Part shown: positions 59,322 to 64,000 of the stretch, piece by piece
Layout of the letters: every line of letters begins with the position of its first letter
Numbering within the stretch: the stretch's first letter is position 1
Assembly (NCBI GenBank): GCA_008632985.1
Contig: QPGO01000195.1
Coordinates: forward strand, 1 to 64,000
From: Psammoneis japonica
Taxonomy: Eukaryota
DNA: 64,000 nucleotides
Direction: 5' to 3'
The notes under the pieces: generated by a model
The model's database searches: none
The model's input: only the letters and a program-made list of their open reading frames with translations
Told to the model about the DNA's origin: nothing
Position numbers and translations under genes: made by a program

Positions 59322-60956
59322 ATGAACACCTCTTCTACTGATATGATGGAAGCTAATGCTAGCGATTCAAAGAAACCAGAATCAAATTCATCGAGAAAGA
59401 AGAGATTGAGTCGAAAAGAACAAAAGGAAAGACGAAAGAAACAGAAACAAAAGCATCCAAAGAACGACTCTCAGACAAAAAGCAATAGCGATCCCGTTGC
59501 TGCTGAGAATCCTATCCAGACGGAGGATTTCCTTTCAGACTATGTGTCCATTCCCATTCCGAGTGAAGAACAAGTCGAAGAGGTGCCTGAACAGAGTGGT
59601 GGCAAGTCGCTCGGAAAATGGTTTCCCAAGGCGATTGTAATTAAACCAGAAAAGAAGGAAACGACAGAGTCAAGCGAGAAACAGAAGTGTTGCTTGGTGC
59701 TGTTTTACCAATACGTTCCAAAAGAATGGTCGCAACGACGTGTATCTCTATTCATGTCGTATCTTGCCAAGGTGGCAAACACGCGCAAGGGCCTCGGCGG
59801 ACGAATTCGTGTCGCACCCGAAGGCATCAATGCCACTGTTTCGGCGCTTTCGACCGCGGATGGCTGCCCTTCGAAACGGCTATTGAAACACTTTTGTCAG
59901 GATCTCATCAATTTTGATTCCATATACAAACAAACAGACTTTAAATTTATTGAGGACCTGGATGCGAGTCGACACTTTAAGGAATTGCGCATCTTGCCCG
60001 TGAAGGAATTGGTCTTTTACGGCATTACCGAAAAGCAAGCACCCAACGGCGGTATTCATTTGAAACCAAAAGACTTTCATAAAAAGTTAGAAAGCGACAA
60101 TACGGTTGTGATTGATGTTCGTAATCACTACGAAGCAGCGATTGGACGCTTTGACGGACAAGAACAATCAAGCAGTAGTGGCGCTCAATACATTGACCCG
60201 AAAATGCGAAAAAGCACAGACTTTACGTCGTGGTTGGATCAAGATGAAACCAAGGCCAAGCTTGAGGGAAAGAACGTCATGATGTTTTGTACCGGTGGTA
60301 TTCGATGCGAACGTGCCTCGGCTCATTTGCAACAGAAAATGGGTGACTCGGTGTCGGGCGTGTATCAATTGAAGGGCGGCATTGAAGCCTATCTCAAAAC
60401 CTTTCCTGAGGGAGGACATTGGAGAGGAAAGAATTATGTCTTTGACAAACGAGAAGCCATTTCAGCAGCGAATCGAAATGGTGATGGAGGTGTGCTTGAC
60501 AAACATTGCAAGGTTGAGGACGGGATTGATACGGTTTGTTGTGTCTGCGGAAAGCCTTGGGATCGTTATGTGGGAAAGAAAAAGTGTGACACTTGTGGTG
60601 TGCCGGTTCTCATGTGTGATGTGTGCATGTCCAACGACAAGAAGAAAAAACAAAAGGACGAGAGCAAGCATACCTTGACCCGATGCCCACTTTGCGTCGA
60701 AGAAAACATCACAGTGCTGGCATCCCAAGTCGAGTATACGGACAATGGGGTTTCCGGTAGACTAGTAGACACGGCGACGACTGACAAGAAGGTGGCTGCA
60801 TCTGTTCTCAAGTGGGGAGGCGGCCATGCTGCTGCAAAAAAGGAAAAGCGGAGGATGAAACGAAAACCGTGCAAGTTTGGTGCAGAATGCGTGCGGAAGG
60901 ACTGCTTCTTTGCACATCCTAGTGGATGGCAAGGAGGTAAAGCTCAATATAAGTAA
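59322..60956 (+). CDS. Rhodanese-domain protein, UPF0176/TrhO/TSTD2 family, with C-terminal CCCH finger
   Basis: LFYQY, GRIRVAPEGINAT, IDVRNHYE..IGRF, MFCTGGIRCERAS, YQLKGGI..Y, GKNYVFDKR; CKFGAECVRKDCFFAH. Confidence 0.9.
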   Translation: MNTSSTDMMEANASDSKKPESNSSRKKRLSRKEQKERRKKQKQKHPKNDSQTKSNSDPVAAENPIQTEDFLSDYVSIPIPSEEQVEEVPEQSGGKSLGKWFPKAIVIKPEKKETTESSEKQKCCLVLFYQYVPKEWSQRRVSLFMSYLAKVANTRKGLGGRIRVAPEGINATVSALSTADGCPSKRLLKHFCQDLINFDSIYKQTDFKFIEDLDASRHFKELRILPVKELVFYGITEKQAPNGGIHLKPKDFHKKLESDNTVVIDVRNHYEAAIGRFDGQEQSSSSGAQYIDPKMRKSTDFTSWLDQDETKAKLEGKNVMMFCTGGIRCERASAHLQQKMGDSVSGVYQLKGGIEAYLKTFPEGGHWRGKNYVFDKREAISAANRNGDGGVLDKHCKVEDGIDTVCCVCGKPWDRYVGKKKCDTCGVPVLMCDVCMSNDKKKKQKDESKHTLTRCPLCVEENITVLASQVEYTDNGVSGRLVDTATTDKKVAASVLKWGGGHAAAKKEKRRMKRKPCKFGAECVRKDCFFAHPSGWQGGKAQYK

Positions 60957-61142
60957 ATACTATGTGTGTCTCTACTCTACTCTAGTTAAAGTAGAGAGAG
61001 AGAGTATATGACAGCGCGATATCTATCGTCGTCCGCAAACTGAGAAAGTACGATCGCCTCTTTAGCATTGGTGAGAATGACCGTCACCCGGAGGATGAAT
61101 CTCCCTCCGCACGCCGCACAACGCACCAAAGGATAAGCAACC

Positions 61143-63285
61143 ATGATGGTGTTGTTGCTCTGTCTATCGCAGCTACTGTTGGCTTATGCAAAGGATGAGG
61201 AGTTTGTAAAGGCCAATTGGTACACACGGTATCCATCGTATCCCGAGTACTGTTCGACCCCGGCCCACATGGAGCAGAGAAAAATACCTCCGCTTGCAGG
61301 CTTACAAGCATACGGCGAATCTCGAATACTTCATGCGTCAGTCATTATTCGACACGGCGCAAGGACTCCGTGGGGCAATACAGCTCAATGTTGGAAAGGT
61401 TATTGGGACGATCCGGAGACAGCCGTATGGGACTGCCGTTTGACTCAGTTTGTTGCTCCGCCGAGCGATTTGACAGTCGAAAAGGAGGAAGAAGTTCCTG
61501 TTGACGGTGCTAGCGATGCGGTCTTTTTGTTTGAAAAGAAGTATGACGCCTTTCACTTGCATCCGAACAACTCTCGTGGAGGCACAGCACATTCAGAAGG
61601 TCTTTCCAACGAGCTCAATGGCACCTGCCAGGTGGGTCAGTTGTTACTCCAAGGCTACGAGCAACAGATCGCGAATGGCAAGCACTTGCGAGATGCGTAT
61701 TGTTTTGGTGGCGACAAAGACTACAGCCACGATAAATCTCTCAGGTTGTTAGACTTGACCAAAGAGCCTTTCCAAGCGCCCAAGATGGCTTACAGGTCTG
61801 ACGATGACGAAAGAACAGTCATGTCGGGCCAAGTTCTCTTGCGAGGCATGTTTGAAGAGGAATTCAAGCAATCATCGGCAAAACACGGGACCCATCCCGT
61901 CATTTCCCTTCATACCGCCGACCGTCCTCGGGATGTCTTGTCGGGCAACAGTGATGTGTGTCCCAAGTTATTGAAACTAGAAGATGAAGCCAAGTCAAGT
62001 CGGGCTTACAAAGAGCTGGCCAACGGCAAAGAAGGCAAGCATTTGAACGCATTCATGAAGGACAAGCTGGGTCAAGTGATGGATGATGATGCTGTGGATT
62101 GTCTCATGACAACAATGTGTACTGACAGGCCCTTGCCGAAGGCTATTGATGATTACTCGCAAAAAGATTCTGAAGAAGAAAACAGTTGTTCCGAAGACCA
62201 AGTTAATTGCACAGGTGTCGAAGAAAAGGAGAGTGAAGAACCACGCACGGGGAGCGACATTGAGAAAGAAAGCTATTTTCGAAGAATCTATGAATACGTA
62301 AGCAGCATTTTTGCGTGATTGTGAAAATGAGTCGAACGATTTGTTAACGGTACTCACTTACGCTTCGTTTCTTCCCTCGCTTTTCGCGCCAGTCTGTGCA
62401 ACTCTTTATATTTCATTTCTTGCACAAAAATAATGCGTACAGCAAGTTGGCGATTGCACCCCTGTGGAGAGAAATTATGGCCAACATTCTACCCATAATT
62501 CACCCCGAAAACTATAATAGGTACCAAGTTGCACCGGAGACAGCACAACTCGCTCTCTTTTCTGGACACGATACAACCATTGTTCCCCTCATGGCTTCCC
62601 TTGGACTATGGAATGAAACGGATTGGCCTCCGTATGCGAGCATGATGATTATTGAGGTAAGGCGTCAACTCTCTGGAGGAATATCGGTTGATGGATACAA
62701 TGTGTAAACCTCACGCCTCGTCATACATTGTCTAAGATACATGAGATTGGCATTGATGGACAACAGGATCGTCGATATTTTGAATCCAAGTATGCCTTTC
62801 GATTGTTGTACAATGGAAATGTCATGACTTCCCTAATTGATGGATGCCCCGATGGAATCGATCTATGTGACGTCCGCATATTGGACAAACTTGTGGTGCC
62901 GCTCGCCATGAAACCGTGGGACTGCAATCCCAATGGCTGGAAAGAAGCACTCGAATCTACATGGGCTGAGGCGAAATTCTTTGTAACAACTCCTGGCGGT
63001 GTCATGATTTTGCTCTTTGTAATTGTAGTGAGCATCATTGGTGGAGGAATCGGCACATATGCTTATCTGACAGGACGTCTTCCCATGTGGTGTCTAGCAC
63101 CGAGATCGGTTTTCGGCCCTTCGTCTCATAGGCGTCGCTCTCATGAGCAAGGGATATCGCTAACTCAAGGCCAATTCGACCAAGATGCGCTAGACCAGGC
63201 GACTGTGTACGGAGCAGCAGATGCAACAGGAGAAGACACTTCGTCATTAACCGCAAAGGATGAAGACATGAATCGTATCACATAG
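61143..63285 (+). CDS. Histidine acid phosphatase with signal peptide and C-terminal TM; 3 exons
   Basis: RHGART catalytic motif, FSGHDTT, WPPYAS; introns 62298-62392 and 62657-62736. Confidence 0.9.
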
Positions 63286-63621
63286 CACATCTGTAAGTGC
63301 TCTTCCGAAATACAACCGCTGGCTGTAGTTGACCAAGAAGTGGTTTAATCATTCGTGGTGGTTTTCCCAGCCCGCAAGAGACTGTGTGCCACACCCCGTG
63401 ATTGTGTGGCTACACCCGATCATCGCACCCCATAGAGAGAAAGTGAACAGACTGATGTTCAAAATGAAGTAAGAAGACATAGAAAAACAACATACCTGGT
63501 ACATATTTTTAACATCCTAATTTTTTTAAATCACAACAACCTTTGTAAACACTACAACAAAAACAGAGCCAAACGCTGGAACTCGCCAGCGACGACGAGG
63601 CGACGGCGAGAGAGGACTGCG

Positions 63622-63983
63622 CTACTTCGCAAGATAATTCAGCTTCGTCAATGCGATAGCTGTCACGACCTTCGACAAAATAATTGCAATAATAAGGTAC
63701 GTCAAATTTGCTGGAATATGATCAACCGTAAACTTGCCGCCAAAAGAAACTTCAACCCAAAGCTCCGCCGTCCCAGTGCATTCGGTCTTGTCCTCAAGCG
63801 CCTGGCATTCAGGCGTCAACAAGACAGCTTCGAAAAAGTCGCTACCGACGGATGGCGTGATCGGCGTATCATCGTTGTTGAACTGCGAAGTTACAAGGCC
63901 TTCGAGCACATAATGCCCGGGAAATGTCCAATATGCTTCATGCGAGAAGAGAGAAGCAGACGTGAGCGTCAAGAAGTATGTAG
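63622..63983 (-). CDS. Last exon of an ABCG/PDR-type ABC transporter (partial)
   Basis: AYWTFPGHYVLEGLVTSQF and a terminal TM ending ALTKLNYLAK; acceptor TAG at about 63984. Confidence 0.7.
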
Positions 63984-64000
63984 CTAGACAAACGAAAAAA

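Overview
Eukaryotic nuclear DNA, most likely a diatom (short GT-AG introns, signal-peptide-plus-F/Y plastid-targeting N-termini, diatom-type gene families). About 16 ordinary host genes alternate with five sharply bounded blocks (about 6.6-13.6, 21.5-28.9, 34.85-44.3, 45.95-50.8 and 51.55-53.5 kb; roughly half the window) of decayed mobile or accessory DNA: a Ty1/copia remnant, a Plavaka-like transposase fragment, Crinkler-like REase-kinase and HNH genes, and a TIR-bounded element with a DUF6589-like gene. The main observation is the mutational signature of these blocks. TpA is almost absent and CpG is depleted to a variable degree, both converted to TpG/CpA. A decayed copy (41.6-42.7 kb) of an intact esterase gene (33.5-34.5 kb) shows this site by site: TA->CA/TG, CG->CA/TG and many short tandem duplications. 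CpG loss fits known 5mC decay. The near-complete TpA A:T->G:C hypermutation occurs even where CpG is intact and runs opposite to fungal RIP. It is a candidate undescribed repeat-targeted genome-defence or mutagenesis process. All alignments and counts were done by eye.
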